Assembly (NCBI GenBank): GCA_947085095.1
Contig: CAMTVD010000004.1
Span: 70,329-134,328 of the forward strand
DNA length: 64,000 nucleotides
Direction of reading: 5' to 3'
Source: an uncultured Thermus sp.
GTDB taxonomy: Bacteria; Deinococcota; Deinococci; Deinococcales; Thermaceae
The notes beneath the pieces are model-generated. The model saw only the letters and a list, made by a program, of their open reading frames with translations, was not told the DNA's origin and did no database searches. A program made the translations under genes and the position numbers. Positions within the stretch are counted from its first letter, which is position 1, and the number at the start of each line of letters is the position of its first letter. This document shows positions 18,475 through 27,997 of the stretch, piece after piece.

Positions 18475-19473
18475 ATGGCAGGCGCAAGCCCCATCGTGCT
18501 AGCGGAGGACCTCACCCGGCACTACCGGGTAGCCAGGAAGGAAGAGACCCTTCTTGGCACCCTGCGCCACTTCTTCCGCCGCCAGTACCACACCATCCGG
18601 GCGGTGGAAGGGGTTTCCTTTCGGATAGATCCCGGGGAGGTGGTGGGCTTCCTGGGTCCCAACGGGGCGGGCAAGACCACCACCTTGAAGATGCTCACCG
18701 GCCTGGTCCACCCCACCCGAGGGAAGGCCCTGGTGGCGGGACACGTGCCCCAGAGGCGGGAAAAGGCCTTCCTGAAGAAGATCACCCTGGTCATGGGCAA
18801 CAAGCAGCAGCTCATCTGGGACCTTCCCGCCATGGACGCCTTCCGCCTGAACGCGGCCATCTACGAGGTTCCCGAGAGAGAGTTCCGAAGGCGGGTGGGG
18901 GAGCTTTCCGAGATGCTGGGGATTTTGGACAAGCTCCACCAACCTGTGCGCAAGCTCTCCCTGGGGGAGAGGATGAAGGCGGAGCTTCTGGCCGCCCTCC
19001 TCCATCGGCCAGAGGTGCTCTTCCTGGACGAGCCCACCCTGGGCCTGGACGTGAACGCCCAGGTGGCGGTGCGGGAGTTCATCCGGGAGTACAACCGCCG
19101 CTATGGGGCCACAGTCCTCCTCACCAGCCACTACATGGCGGACATCAGCGCCCTATGCCAGAGGGTCCTGGTGATCCACCAGGGGAGGCTCCTCTATGAC
19201 GGGGCCTTGGAGGGCCTCCTGGACCGCTTCGCCCCCTACCGGGAGGTGGGGCTGGTCCTGCAAACCCCCCTTCCCAGGGAGGCCCTCCTCCCCTTCGGGG
19301 AGGTGCGGGAGCTGGAAGGGCGGGAGGCGCGAATCCTCGTGCCCCGGGAGAGGCTCACGGAGCGGGTGGCGGAGATCCTGAGGAGGCTTCCCGTGGAGGA
19401 CCTCGAGGTCCGGGACCCCCCTCTGGAGGAGGTCATCGCCCGGGTGTTCCGAAGCCCGCAGGAGGTCCTGTGA
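18475..19473 (+). CDS. ABC transporter ATP-binding protein
   Basis: GPNGAGKTT, LSLGE, LFLDEPT and TSH. Confidence 0.93.
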   Translation: MAGASPIVLAEDLTRHYRVARKEETLLGTLRHFFRRQYHTIRAVEGVSFRIDPGEVVGFLGPNGAGKTTTLKMLTGLVHPTRGKALVAGHVPQRREKAFLKKITLVMGNKQQLIWDLPAMDAFRLNAAIYEVPEREFRRRVGELSEMLGILDKLHQPVRKLSLGERMKAELLAALLHRPEVLFLDEPTLGLDVNAQVAVREFIREYNRRYGATVLLTSHYMADISALCQRVLVIHQGRLLYDGALEGLLDRFAPYREVGLVLQTPLPREALLPFGEVRELEGREARILVPRERLTERVAEILRRLPVEDLEVRDPPLEEVIARVFRSPQEVL

Positions 19474-20246
19474 GGAAGGCCAGGGCCCTCCTCTCCGTCT
19501 ACCTGGCCTACATGCTGGAGTACCGGGCGGAGCTCTTTTTGTGGGCCCTGGCGGGGCTTCTTCCCCTCATCCTCCTGGGGGTATGGGTGGAGGCGGCCCG
19601 AGGGGGGGAGTTCCCCTTGAACGCCGGGGAGTTCGCCCGCTACTTCCTCATGGTCTTCCTGGTGCGCCAGGCCACGGTGGTCTGGGTAGTGTGGGAGTTT
19701 GAAAGGGACGTGGTGGAGGGCCGCCTCTCCTTCCGCCTCCTCCGCCCCCTGGACCCCTATTTTGAGCACCTTTCCGCCCACGTGGCCGAGAGGCTGGCAA
19801 GGCTTCCCTTCGTGGTCCTCCTCACCCTCCTCTTCTTCTACCTCTTTCCCGAGGCCCGCTTTGTCCCCGAACCGGGCCCTTTCCTTCTGGGCCTTCTCCT
19901 CACCCTCCTGGCCTTCCTGCTTCGCTACACCATGCAGTACGCCACCGCCATGCTCACCTTCTGGACGGAAAGGGCTTCCAGCGTGGAGGAGGTCTTCTTC
20001 CTCCTCTACCTCTTCCTCTCCGGTACCATCGCCCCCCTCGAGGTCTTCCCCGAGCCCCTAAGGGAGCTCGCCTTCCTCACCCCCTTCCCCTACCTGGTCT
20101 ACCTGCCCGCCGCCCTCCTTGCGGGGCAGGAGGTGGCCCTTTTCCCGGGGCTTTGGATCATGCTCTTCTGGGGTGTGGCCTTCCTCCTCCTGGCCCGCCT
20201 CCTCTTCTGGCTTGGCCTTAAGCGCTACTCGGGCCACGGAGCATAA
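19470..20246 (+). CDS. ABC-2 type transporter permease
   Basis: EYRAE, GRLSFRLLRPLD and multiple TM helices. Confidence 0.85.
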   Translation: MRKARALLSVYLAYMLEYRAELFLWALAGLLPLILLGVWVEAARGGEFPLNAGEFARYFLMVFLVRQATVVWVVWEFERDVVEGRLSFRLLRPLDPYFEHLSAHVAERLARLPFVVLLTLLFFYLFPEARFVPEPGPFLLGLLLTLLAFLLRYTMQYATAMLTFWTERASSVEEVFFLLYLFLSGTIAPLEVFPEPLRELAFLTPFPYLVYLPAALLAGQEVALFPGLWIMLFWGVAFLLLARLLFWLGLKRYSGHGA

Positions 20247-20253
20247 TGGGGGT

Positions 20254-20439
20254 ATGGCCACCCGCTACCGCTTCCGGGTAGAGGAGTTTGAAAAAGCCTT
20301 CCAGGGGGTGCCCCACGTGGAGCTCCTGGAAGTCCACCGGGACCCCCGGGGCGGCCGCTACCGGGAGATCCGGCTCCTCTCCCCTGAGGAGGAGGTAAGC
20401 CCCGCCCTCTTCCCCGAGGTCAGGCTCCCCTGGGCGTAG
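20254..20439 (+). pseudogene. Internally deleted Uma2-family remnant (61 aa, in frame)
   Basis: The N-terminus YRFRVEEF...VELL joins directly to the C-terminus EVHRDP.GGRYRE...VSPALFPEVRLPW. It matches both ends of the 14904-15422 Uma2 but lacks the catalytic core. Confidence 0.75.
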
Positions 20440-21994
20440 CCACGGGGTAGAGCAGGGCGTAGGCGTAGCCGTCGGTGAGGGCCTTGAGGGAGGCCTCGAG
20501 GATGTTCTCGCTGGCCCCCACGGTGCTGAAGCGCTCCCCACCCCGCTTCATCTCCACCATCACCCGCACGCCGCTATTGGTCCCCGCCTCCTGCCCCGAG
20601 AGGATGCGCACCTTGTAATCGGTGAGCTCCACATCGGCAAGCTCCGGGTAGAACCCCAAGACCGCCTTGCGGAAGGCCCGGTCTAGGGCGGAAACGGGGC
20701 CAAAGGGGCTCTCAGAGGCGGTGTGTTGCAGGCTATCCCCCACCCTAACCCGCACCGTGGCCTCGGCCCAGGCGGTGGCGAGGCCCGTACCGTGCACGAA
20801 GACGGAAAACCCTTCCACCTGGAAGGGGAGGCCTCCCCCCTTCAGGCGGTGGGCCAGGAGGTAGAAGCTGGCCTCCGCCCCCTCAAAGGCGTAGCCTTCG
20901 TACTCCAGGGCCTTGACCTCGTCCAGAAGGCGCTTGGCCTCCTCCTTGGAGAGGTCCACCCCCAGCTCCTGGAGCTTGGCCAGGAGGTTGGAGCGGCCCG
21001 AGACGTCGGAAACCAGGAAGCGCCGCCCGTTCCCCACCCACTCCGGGGGCAGGTGCTCGTAGGTGCGGGGGTTTTTCAGGACGGCGGAGACGTGCACCCC
21101 CGCCTTGTGGGCGAAGGCCGCCTCCCCCACGTAGGGGGCGCGGCGGTTGGGGGTGAGGTTGGCCCGCTCGTCCACGAAGTGGGCGAGCTCCTTGAGGCCC
21201 CTAAGCCTTTCTGGGGGGATGGCGGGAACCTTGTACTTGAAGACCAGGGTGGGGAGAAAGCTCGTGAGGTTCAGGTTGCCGCACCGCTCCCCGTAGCCGT
21301 TGATGGTGCCCTGGACGTGGGTGGCCCCGGCCCGCACCGCCGCCAGGGCGTTGGCCACCGCCAGATCGGCGTCGTTGTGGGGATGGATGCCGATTCGCAC
21401 CCCGGGAAACCGCTCCACCACCCCCTTGGTGATGGCGTAGACCTCCTCGGGAAGGCTTCCCCCGTTGGTGTCGCAGAGGACCAGGGTGTCGGCCCCGCCC
21501 TCCAGGGCGGCCTCGAGGGTGGCGAGGGCGTAGGCAGGGTCCTCCTTGTACCCGTCAAAGAAGTGCTCCGCATCGTAGATCACCCGCTTTCCCCGCCCTC
21601 GGAAGAAGGCCACGGTGTCCTGGATCATGCGGAGGTTCTCCTCCAAGGAGGTCTCCAGGGCCTCCAGCACGTGCAGGGTCCAGCTCTTGCCGAAGAGGAC
21701 CACCACCGGGGTCTCCGCCTCCAGAAGGGCCAGGACCGAGGGGTCCTCCTCAGGGAGAAGCCCTTTCCGCCGGGTGGCCCCAAAGGCGCAAAGCCTCGCC
21801 TCCCCCAGGTCCACCCCCTTCATCCGGGAGAAGAACTCGGCGTCCTTGGGGTTGGAGCCGGGCCAGCCCCCCTCAATGAGGTGGATGCCAAAGGCGGCCA
21901 GGCGCCTACCGATGGCCACCTTGTCCTCCACGGAGAGGCTTACCCCCTCCCCTTGCGTGCCGTCCCGCAGGGTGGTGTCCAGGATCTCTACCAT
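20420..21994 (-). CDS. cimA: Citramalate synthase
   Basis: DTTLRDGTQGE, YDAEHFFDGY, HPHND and AHKAGVH. Confidence 0.9.
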   Translation of the reverse strand: MVEILDTTLRDGTQGEGVSLSVEDKVAIGRRLAAFGIHLIEGGWPGSNPKDAEFFSRMKGVDLGEARLCAFGATRRKGLLPEEDPSVLALLEAETPVVVLFGKSWTLHVLEALETSLEENLRMIQDTVAFFRGRGKRVIYDAEHFFDGYKEDPAYALATLEAALEGGADTLVLCDTNGGSLPEEVYAITKGVVERFPGVRIGIHPHNDADLAVANALAAVRAGATHVQGTINGYGERCGNLNLTSFLPTLVFKYKVPAIPPERLRGLKELAHFVDERANLTPNRRAPYVGEAAFAHKAGVHVSAVLKNPRTYEHLPPEWVGNGRRFLVSDVSGRSNLLAKLQELGVDLSKEEAKRLLDEVKALEYEGYAFEGAEASFYLLAHRLKGGGLPFQVEGFSVFVHGTGLATAWAEATVRVRVGDSLQHTASESPFGPVSALDRAFRKAVLGFYPELADVELTDYKVRILSGQEAGTNSGVRVMVEMKRGGERFSTVGASENILEASLKALTDGYAYALLYPVATPRGA

Positions 21995-22515
21995 CTCCCC
22001 TCCCTGAGATCAAACCCGTAGGCCACTTCCCGGAGCCTGGTCCCGGCAAGTTCCAGCTCCCGCTCCCCCAAGGGCACACCGCCCATGCGCTCGTAAAAGC
22101 CCCGTCCCTTAGGGTTCTCCTTGAGAACCCAGACCAGCATCCGCCCGTGGCCCTCTCCCAAGAGCGACCGGGCCGCCTCGCCGAAGAGAGCCCGCCCCAC
22201 CCCCCGGCCCTGCCAGGCGGGGAGGACGTAAAGGGCCCAAAGCTCCCCGGCGTAGCCGGGAAAGCCCGAGTTTCGGTCAGGACCAAAGGCAGCGAAACCC
22301 ACCACCCCCGCGCCTTCCGCCTCGGCCACGAGAAGCCGCCCGGGCCAGTTGGGGTTGGCAAGACCCCGCGCCCACCGGGCCCTCTGCTCCTCGTAGGACA
22401 TCGCCTCCAAAAAGGCCTCCGGGACCACACCCCGGTAGGTGGCCCGCCACGTGTCCACCTGGACCCGGGCCACCCCCGGGAGGTCCTCGAGGCGGCTTGG
22501 CCTGACCTGCACCAT
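21988..22515 (-). CDS. GNAT family N-acetyltransferase
   Basis: LYVLPAWQGRGVGRAL, WVLKENP..RGFYERMGG. Confidence 0.88.
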   Translation of the reverse strand: MVQVRPSRLEDLPGVARVQVDTWRATYRGVVPEAFLEAMSYEEQRARWARGLANPNWPGRLLVAEAEGAGVVGFAAFGPDRNSGFPGYAGELWALYVLPAWQGRGVGRALFGEAARSLLGEGHGRMLVWVLKENPKGRGFYERMGGVPLGERELELAGTRLREVAYGFDLREGRW

Positions 22516-22575
22516 CTGCACCCCTCTAGGGAACTTCCAGCGCTCCTCCCTGACGCCAGCCGGGATAGGATGGCC

Positions 22576-24132
22576 TCATACCCCCCGCTGCACCTCCTCA
22601 ATGGAGGGCGGGTGGCGGGTGGCCCGGCCCGAGGCCAGTTTGCCGGCGGCGTCCAGGAAGGCCAGGGCGCTGGCCTCAATGATGTCCGGGGAAACCCCCA
22701 CCCCCACCGCCTGGAGCTCCCCAAGCCTGAGGCGCACGGTCACTTGGCCCAGGGCCTCGGTGCTCCCGGTGACGGCCTCCACCCGGTAGAGCTCCAGCTC
22801 GGGCCTGAGGCCGATGGCCTCCTCTATGGCCTTGTAGACCGCGTCCACGGGCCCGTCCCCGGTGTGGGTGGCCACCTTCTCCCCAGCCGGGGTCTTCACC
22901 TTGACCGTGGCCGTGGGCAAGAGGCCGGAACCGGAGAAGAACTGGACGTGGAGGAGTTGGAAGAAGTGGGAGGCGGGCTCCCGTTCACTCTCCACCAGGG
23001 CCTGGAGCTCCTCGGCGGAGAGGGGCCCCTTCTTCTCGGCGATCTCCTTGAAGCGGGCGAAGAGGAGCTTGAGCTGCTCCTCCGAGAGGCCGCTGTAGCC
23101 CAGGTCCTCGAGGGCCTTCTTGAAGGCGGCCCGGCCCGAGTGCTTGCCGAGGACGAGGACGGCGGGCCTCCTGCCGATGAGCTCCGCGTCCATGATCTCG
23201 TAGGTGCCCCGGTGCTTCAGGACCCCGTCCTGGTGGATGCCGGACTCGTGGGCGAAGGCGTTGTCCCCCACGATGGCCTTGTTGGGGGGAACGGGCATAC
23301 CGGTGTAGCGCTCCACCAGCCGGGACACCCGGTAGATCTCCCGGGTGTTGATCTGGGTATAGGCCTTGTAGAAGTCCCGGCGCACGTAGAGGGCCATGAC
23401 CACCTCCTCCAAGGAGGTGTTCCCCGCCCGCTCCCCGATGCCGTTTACCGTGCACTCCACCTGCCCGGCCCCGTTCAGGATTCCCGCCAGGGCGTTGGCC
23501 GTGGCCAGGCCCAGATCGTCGTGGGTGTGGGTGGAGATAATGACCTCCCGGCCCCGCACCACCTCGTCCCGGATCCTGCGGATCAGGGCCCCGTACTCCT
23601 CGGGGGTGCCGTAGCCCGTGGTGTCGGGGATGTTGATGGTGGTGGCCCCGGCCTCAACGGCCACCTCGTAGAGGCGCTTCACGAAGTCCCAGTCCGCCCG
23701 CATCACGTCCTGGGCGGAAAACTCCACGTCGTCCACGTATTTCCTGGCGTAGCGCACCATCTCGTCCGCCATGGCCAGGACCTCCTCCTCCGTCTTCCTC
23801 AGCATGTGCTCCAGGTGGATCCTGGAGGCGGAGGTGAAGACGTGGATCCGGGGCTTCTCCGCCCTCTCCAGGGCCTTGGCCGCCTGGTCAATGTCCAGGG
23901 TGTGGGTGCGGGCCAAAGCGGCGATGATGGGCCCCCTTACCTCGGTAGCGATGCGCCTCACCGCCTCAAACTCCATGGGCCCCGATACGGGAAAGCCCGC
24001 CTCAATGATGTCCACGTTGAGCCGGGCCAGGGCGTGGGCGATCTCCAGCTTCTGGTCCAAGGAGAGCGCCACTCCGGGGCTCTGCTCGCCGTCCCTGAGC
24101 GTGGTGTCAAAAATCCGGATCTGCCTTTCCAT
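22576..24132 (-). CDS. leuA: 2-isopropylmalate synthase
   Basis: DTTLRDGEQSPG, HTHDDLG, GERAGN, HESGIHQDG and a C-terminal regulatory domain. Confidence 0.95.
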   Translation of the reverse strand: MERQIRIFDTTLRDGEQSPGVALSLDQKLEIAHALARLNVDIIEAGFPVSGPMEFEAVRRIATEVRGPIIAALARTHTLDIDQAAKALERAEKPRIHVFTSASRIHLEHMLRKTEEEVLAMADEMVRYARKYVDDVEFSAQDVMRADWDFVKRLYEVAVEAGATTINIPDTTGYGTPEEYGALIRRIRDEVVRGREVIISTHTHDDLGLATANALAGILNGAGQVECTVNGIGERAGNTSLEEVVMALYVRRDFYKAYTQINTREIYRVSRLVERYTGMPVPPNKAIVGDNAFAHESGIHQDGVLKHRGTYEIMDAELIGRRPAVLVLGKHSGRAAFKKALEDLGYSGLSEEQLKLLFARFKEIAEKKGPLSAEELQALVESEREPASHFFQLLHVQFFSGSGLLPTATVKVKTPAGEKVATHTGDGPVDAVYKAIEEAIGLRPELELYRVEAVTGSTEALGQVTVRLRLGELQAVGVGVSPDIIEASALAFLDAAGKLASGRATRHPPSIEEVQRGV

Positions 24133-24649
24133 GCCAATCCTCCCGCAAAAGCCCGTACACGTACACGTCTTCCCTCTGCCCGTTCTTCAGAACATACCCC
24201 CGCAAAAGCCCCTCCCGCAAGAGTCCCGCCTTCTCCAGCACCCGGGCCGAAGCCGGGTTGCGAACAAAGCACGTGGCCTCTATTCGCTCCAAACCCAAGG
24301 TCCGGAAACCGTAGGCCACCAAGGCCCGGACCGCCTCCGTGGCGTACTCCTGGCCCCAGTAAGGCACCCCCACCCAGTACCCCAGGACCCCCCGCCTGTG
24401 GGCCCGCTCCACGCTCAGGCCCACCACTCCTACCGGGATATCCCCGCGCCAGAGGCCGAAGTTGTACTCCCACCCCTCGGAAAAGCCCCGGGCAGACTCC
24501 CGGATGAAGGCCTCCGCCAAGCCCTCAGGGTACGGGTGGGGAACGGCAAGAAGGGTGTCCGCCACCCGTTCATCCCCCGCCAAGGCCGCCACCCAGGAGG
24601 CATCGGGGAGGGTGAGAGGCCTTAAACGCAGGCGAAGGGTCTGGATCAC
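24107..24649 (-). CDS. GNAT acetyltransferase, RimJ/RimL-like
   Basis: TLRLRLRPL, LGYWVG..YWGQEYATEA and NPASARVLEKAG. Confidence 0.88.
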   Translation of the reverse strand: MIQTLRLRLRPLTLPDASWVAALAGDERVADTLLAVPHPYPEGLAEAFIRESARGFSEGWEYNFGLWRGDIPVGVVGLSVERAHRRGVLGYWVGVPYWGQEYATEAVRALVAYGFRTLGLERIEATCFVRNPASARVLEKAGLLREGLLRGYVLKNGQREDVYVYGLLREDWHGKADPDF

Positions 24650-24650
24650 C

Positions 24651-25664
24651 CTAGCCCACCTCCCCCAGCACCCGGGCCTTCAGGAAGGGCATCATGGCCC
24701 GAAGCCTTGCGCCCACCTCCTCAATGGGGTGGGCCTTCCAGCGCCTGCGGCCCGCCTCCAAAACGGGCTGGCCCGCCTGGTTTTCCAGCATCCACTCCCG
24801 GGCGAACTCCCCGGTCTGGATCTGGCGCAGGATCTCCCGCATGCGCTTTTTGGTCTCCTCCACGGGCACGCTCAGGTCTCCCCGGGTGTAGTCCCCGTAC
24901 TCGGCGGTGTTGGAGATGGAGTAGCGCATGCCGGCAAGCCCCGCCTCGTAGATGAGGTCCACGATCAGCTTCACCTCGTGGACCGTCTCAAAGTAGGCCA
25001 TCTCCGGGGGGTAGCCCGCCTCCACCAGGGTCTCAAACCCCGCCTGGATGAGCCGGGTGAGCCCCCCGCAGAGGACGGCCTGCTCCCCGAAGAGATCCGT
25101 CTCCGTCTCGTCCTTGAAGGTGGTGGGGATGACCCCAGCCCGGGCCGCGCCGATGGCCTTGGCGTAGGCGAGGGCGGTGGGGAAGGCGGCGCCCGAGGCG
25201 TCCTGGTGCACGGCCACCAAGGCGGGCACCCCGCTTCCCTTCAGGTACTCCGAGCGCACCAGGTGGCCTGGGCCCTTGGGGGCCACCATGAAGACGTCCA
25301 GGTCCCGCCTGGGCCGGATCTGGCCGAAGTGGATGTTGAAGCCGTGGGCGAAGGCCAAGGCCCCACCTTCCTTGAGATTGGGTTCAATCTCCTGGCGGTA
25401 GACGGCGGCCTGGAGCTCGTCGGGGAGGAGGAGCATGACGATGTCCGCCTCCGCCACGGCCTCCCGGGTGGGGAGGACCCGAAGCCCCGCCCCTTCCGCC
25501 TTGGCCCAGCTCTTGGAGCCGGGGCGGAGGCCCACCCTGACGTCCATCCCCGAGTCCTTGAGGTTCAGGGCGTGGGCGTGCCCCTGGGAGCCAAAGCCCA
25601 GGACCGCCACCTTCTTGCCGGCAAGGAAACCCAGGTCCGCATCGTGCTCGTAGTAGATCTTCAT
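24651..25664 (-). CDS. ilvC: Ketol-acid reductoisomerase
   Basis: [25 protein letters not shown] and SNTAEYG. Confidence 0.97.
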   Translation of the reverse strand: MKIYYEHDADLGFLAGKKVAVLGFGSQGHAHALNLKDSGMDVRVGLRPGSKSWAKAEGAGLRVLPTREAVAEADIVMLLLPDELQAAVYRQEIEPNLKEGGALAFAHGFNIHFGQIRPRRDLDVFMVAPKGPGHLVRSEYLKGSGVPALVAVHQDASGAAFPTALAYAKAIGAARAGVIPTTFKDETETDLFGEQAVLCGGLTRLIQAGFETLVEAGYPPEMAYFETVHEVKLIVDLIYEAGLAGMRYSISNTAEYGDYTRGDLSVPVEETKKRMREILRQIQTGEFAREWMLENQAGQPVLEAGRRRWKAHPIEEVGARLRAMMPFLKARVLGEVG

Positions 25665-26173
25665 ACCGCCTCCCGTTTCTCCCTGACCTTCAGGACCCTC
25701 TCGCCCCGGCTCATGGCCACGGCGCCGGTGCGCATGACCTCGAGGATCCCGTAAGGCCTCAGGGCCTCAATGAAGGAGTCTATCTTCTTGGAGTCGCCCG
25801 TGAGCTCCAGGATCAGGCTCTTCTGGGCCACGTCCACCACCCGGGCCCGGAAGGCCTCCTGGATGTCCTTCACCGCCAGGCGCTCCTCCACCCCCGCCAC
25901 GTGGACCTTGACCAGGCAAAGCTCCCGCTCCACGTGGGGCTCGGTGTGGTCCGTGACCTTCAGGACCTCAATGAGCCGGTTGAGCTGCTTCTCCACCTGC
26001 TCCAGGGTGCGGTCGTCCCCAAAGACCACCAGGCTGATGCGGGAAAGCCCCGGCTGGTGGGTGGTGCCCACCGCCAGGCTCTCCAGGTTGAAGCCCCTGC
26101 GGGCGAAAAGGCTGGTGATGCGGTTCAGCACCCGGGGGTGGTCCTGCACCAGAACGGAGATAACGTGCCTCAC
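25661..26173 (-). CDS. ilvN: Acetolactate synthase small subunit
   Basis: ACT domain [12 protein letters not shown] and [12 protein letters not shown] 26173 overlaps the ilvB stop. Confidence 0.93.
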   Translation of the reverse strand: MRHVISVLVQDHPRVLNRITSLFARRGFNLESLAVGTTHQPGLSRISLVVFGDDRTLEQVEKQLNRLIEVLKVTDHTEPHVERELCLVKVHVAGVEERLAVKDIQEAFRARVVDVAQKSLILELTGDSKKIDSFIEALRPYGILEVMRTGAVAMSRGERVLKVREKREAV

Positions 26174-27858
26174 GCCCCCACCTCCTCCTTCTCCTCGGGG
26201 TGCTCCAGAATCATGTCCTCCGCCGCCCCTCCCGCCGGGATCATGGGGAAGACCCCTTCCTCCTGGTAGACCTTGAACTCCGCCACCACCGGGCCATCGG
26301 CGTTTAAGACCGCCTCCACGCCCCGCCTCAGGTCCTCCTTGCGCTCCACCCGCACCCCCTTGATGCCGTAGGCCTCCGCCAGCTTGGCGAAGTCGGGGTT
26401 GGAGTCGGCCAGGTAGACCTCGGAGTAGCGCCTGGCGTGAAAGAGGTCCTGCCACTGGCGCACCATGCCCAGGTAGCCGTTGTTCAGGATCACCACCTTG
26501 ACGGGAAGCTGGTACTTCACCACCGTGGCCAGCTCCTGCAGGGTCATCTGGAAGGAGCCGTCCCCGTCAAAGTCTATGACCAGCGCCTCGGGCCTGGCGA
26601 TCTGGGCCCCGATGGCGAAGGGTAGGCCCACCCCCATGGTGCCGAGGCCGCCGGAGGTGAGAAAGCTCCGGGGGCGGGTCACGGTAAAGTACTGAGCGGC
26701 GAACATCTGGTGCTGCCCCACCCCGGTGGTGACGATGGCGTTGCCCCCCGTGGCCTCGTGGAAGGCGCGGATGACCTCGGGGGCCTGGAGGTGGGGCTTG
26801 GGCTTCCACCTGAGGGGATAGCGGGTGCGCCACTCCTCCAGCTCCCGCCACCAGGAGGCGAGCCTCAGGGCCTTGGCCCCCCGGAGCATCTCCTTGAGGA
26901 TGATCCTGGAGTCCCCCACGATAGGGATGTGGGTGCGCACCACCTTGCCGATCTCCGCCGGGTCAATGTCCACGTGGATGATGGTGTGGGCGTGGGGGGC
27001 GAAGCGGGACACCTTGCCCGTCACCCGGTCGTCAAAGCGAAGGCCGATGGCCAGGATCACGTCGGCGTGGTGGATGGCCCGGTTGGCGGCCACGGTGCCG
27101 TGCATCCCCGGCATACCCAGCCACAGGGGGTGGTTTCCCGGGAAGGCCCCCAGGCCCATCAGGGTGGTGATCACGGGCAGCCCCGTCTTCTCGGCGAAGG
27201 CCAGGAGCTCGGCGTGGGCGTGCTGCGCCCCACCCCCCACCATGAGAACGGGGCGCTCCGCCTTCTCCAGGGCGTCCAGGGCCCGCTCTATCTGCCTGGG
27301 GTGGCCCTTCAGGGTGGGCTTGTAGCCGGGGAGGTCCAGCTCCCCGTCAAACTCCCCGCTGAACTCGGCAAGCTGCACGTCCTTGGGAACGTCTATGAGC
27401 ACGGGGCCAGGGCGACCGGTGGCAGCGATGTGGAAGGCCTCCTTGACGATGCGGGGGATGTCGTTCACGTCCTGGACCAGGTAGTTGTGCTTGGTGATGG
27501 GCATGGTGACCCCGGTCACGTCCGCCTCCTGGAAGGCGTCGGTGCCGATTAGGGCCCGGGGCACGTTGCCGGTGATGGCCACCACCGGGGTGGAATCCAT
27601 CATGGCGTCCGCCAGGCCCGTCACCAGGTTTAAGGCCCCGGGGCCCGAGGTGGCCATGACCACCCCCACCTTACCCAGGACCCGGGCATAGGCGGTGGCG
27701 GCGTGGACTCCGCCTTGCTCGTGGCGCACCAGAATGTGGCGGATCTTGCTGTCGTAGAGGGCATCGTAGGTGGGCATGATGGCCCCGCCCGGGTGGCCGA
27801 AGATGACCTCCACCCCTTCCCGTTCCAGCGCCTTTAAGAGTGCCTCGGCTCCCTTCAT
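26170..27858 (-). CDS. ilvB: Acetolactate synthase large subunit
   Basis: RHEQG, TSGPGALN, RFDDRVTG and the GDGSFQM...NN TPP motif. Confidence 0.96.
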   Translation of the reverse strand: MKGAEALLKALEREGVEVIFGHPGGAIMPTYDALYDSKIRHILVRHEQGGVHAATAYARVLGKVGVVMATSGPGALNLVTGLADAMMDSTPVVAITGNVPRALIGTDAFQEADVTGVTMPITKHNYLVQDVNDIPRIVKEAFHIAATGRPGPVLIDVPKDVQLAEFSGEFDGELDLPGYKPTLKGHPRQIERALDALEKAERPVLMVGGGAQHAHAELLAFAEKTGLPVITTLMGLGAFPGNHPLWLGMPGMHGTVAANRAIHHADVILAIGLRFDDRVTGKVSRFAPHAHTIIHVDIDPAEIGKVVRTHIPIVGDSRIILKEMLRGAKALRLASWWRELEEWRTRYPLRWKPKPHLQAPEVIRAFHEATGGNAIVTTGVGQHQMFAAQYFTVTRPRSFLTSGGLGTMGVGLPFAIGAQIARPEALVIDFDGDGSFQMTLQELATVVKYQLPVKVVILNNGYLGMVRQWQDLFHARRYSEVYLADSNPDFAKLAEAYGIKGVRVERKEDLRRGVEAVLNADGPVVAEFKVYQEEGVFPMIPAGGAAEDMILEHPEEKEEVGA

Positions 27859-27869
27859 CTCCCCCTCCT

Positions 27870-27902
27870 AAAGCCAAACCCCCCGGGTTCTCCGGGGGGT
27901 CT
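27870..27902 (-). terminator. Attenuator terminator hairpin upstream of ilvB
   Basis: ACCCCCCGG-AGAAC-CCGGGGGGT followed by TTGGCTTT on the minus strand. Confidence 0.75.
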
Positions 27903-27921
27903 ACGGATGCGCCTTGAAGCG

Positions 27922-27990
27922 CTACACCCTACCCCCCGCTGGCCCTACGATTAGGACCAGGGCTAGGGATAGGGCGAGGACAGAGCGCAT
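27922..27990 (-). CDS. ilv/leu operon leader peptide MRSVLALSLALVLIVGPAGGRV
   Basis: 22 codons with 5 Leu, 4 Val and 1 Ile, including CTA x3 and GTA. Lies between the promoter and the terminator. Confidence 0.8.
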   Translation of the reverse strand: MRSVLALSLALVLIVGPAGGRV

Positions 27991-27997
27991 CTTGGCC

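Noticed and set aside
22147..24507. Long antisense or alternative-frame ORFs (e.g. 786 aa here; also 20723-22021, 49840-51561 and the 5' extensions of 27998-30196, 47131-48498 and 55129-57903)
   Set aside because: They are shadows of well-supported genes on the opposite strand. Stop-poor antisense frames are expected at this GC3, and the translations have no recognisable motifs.
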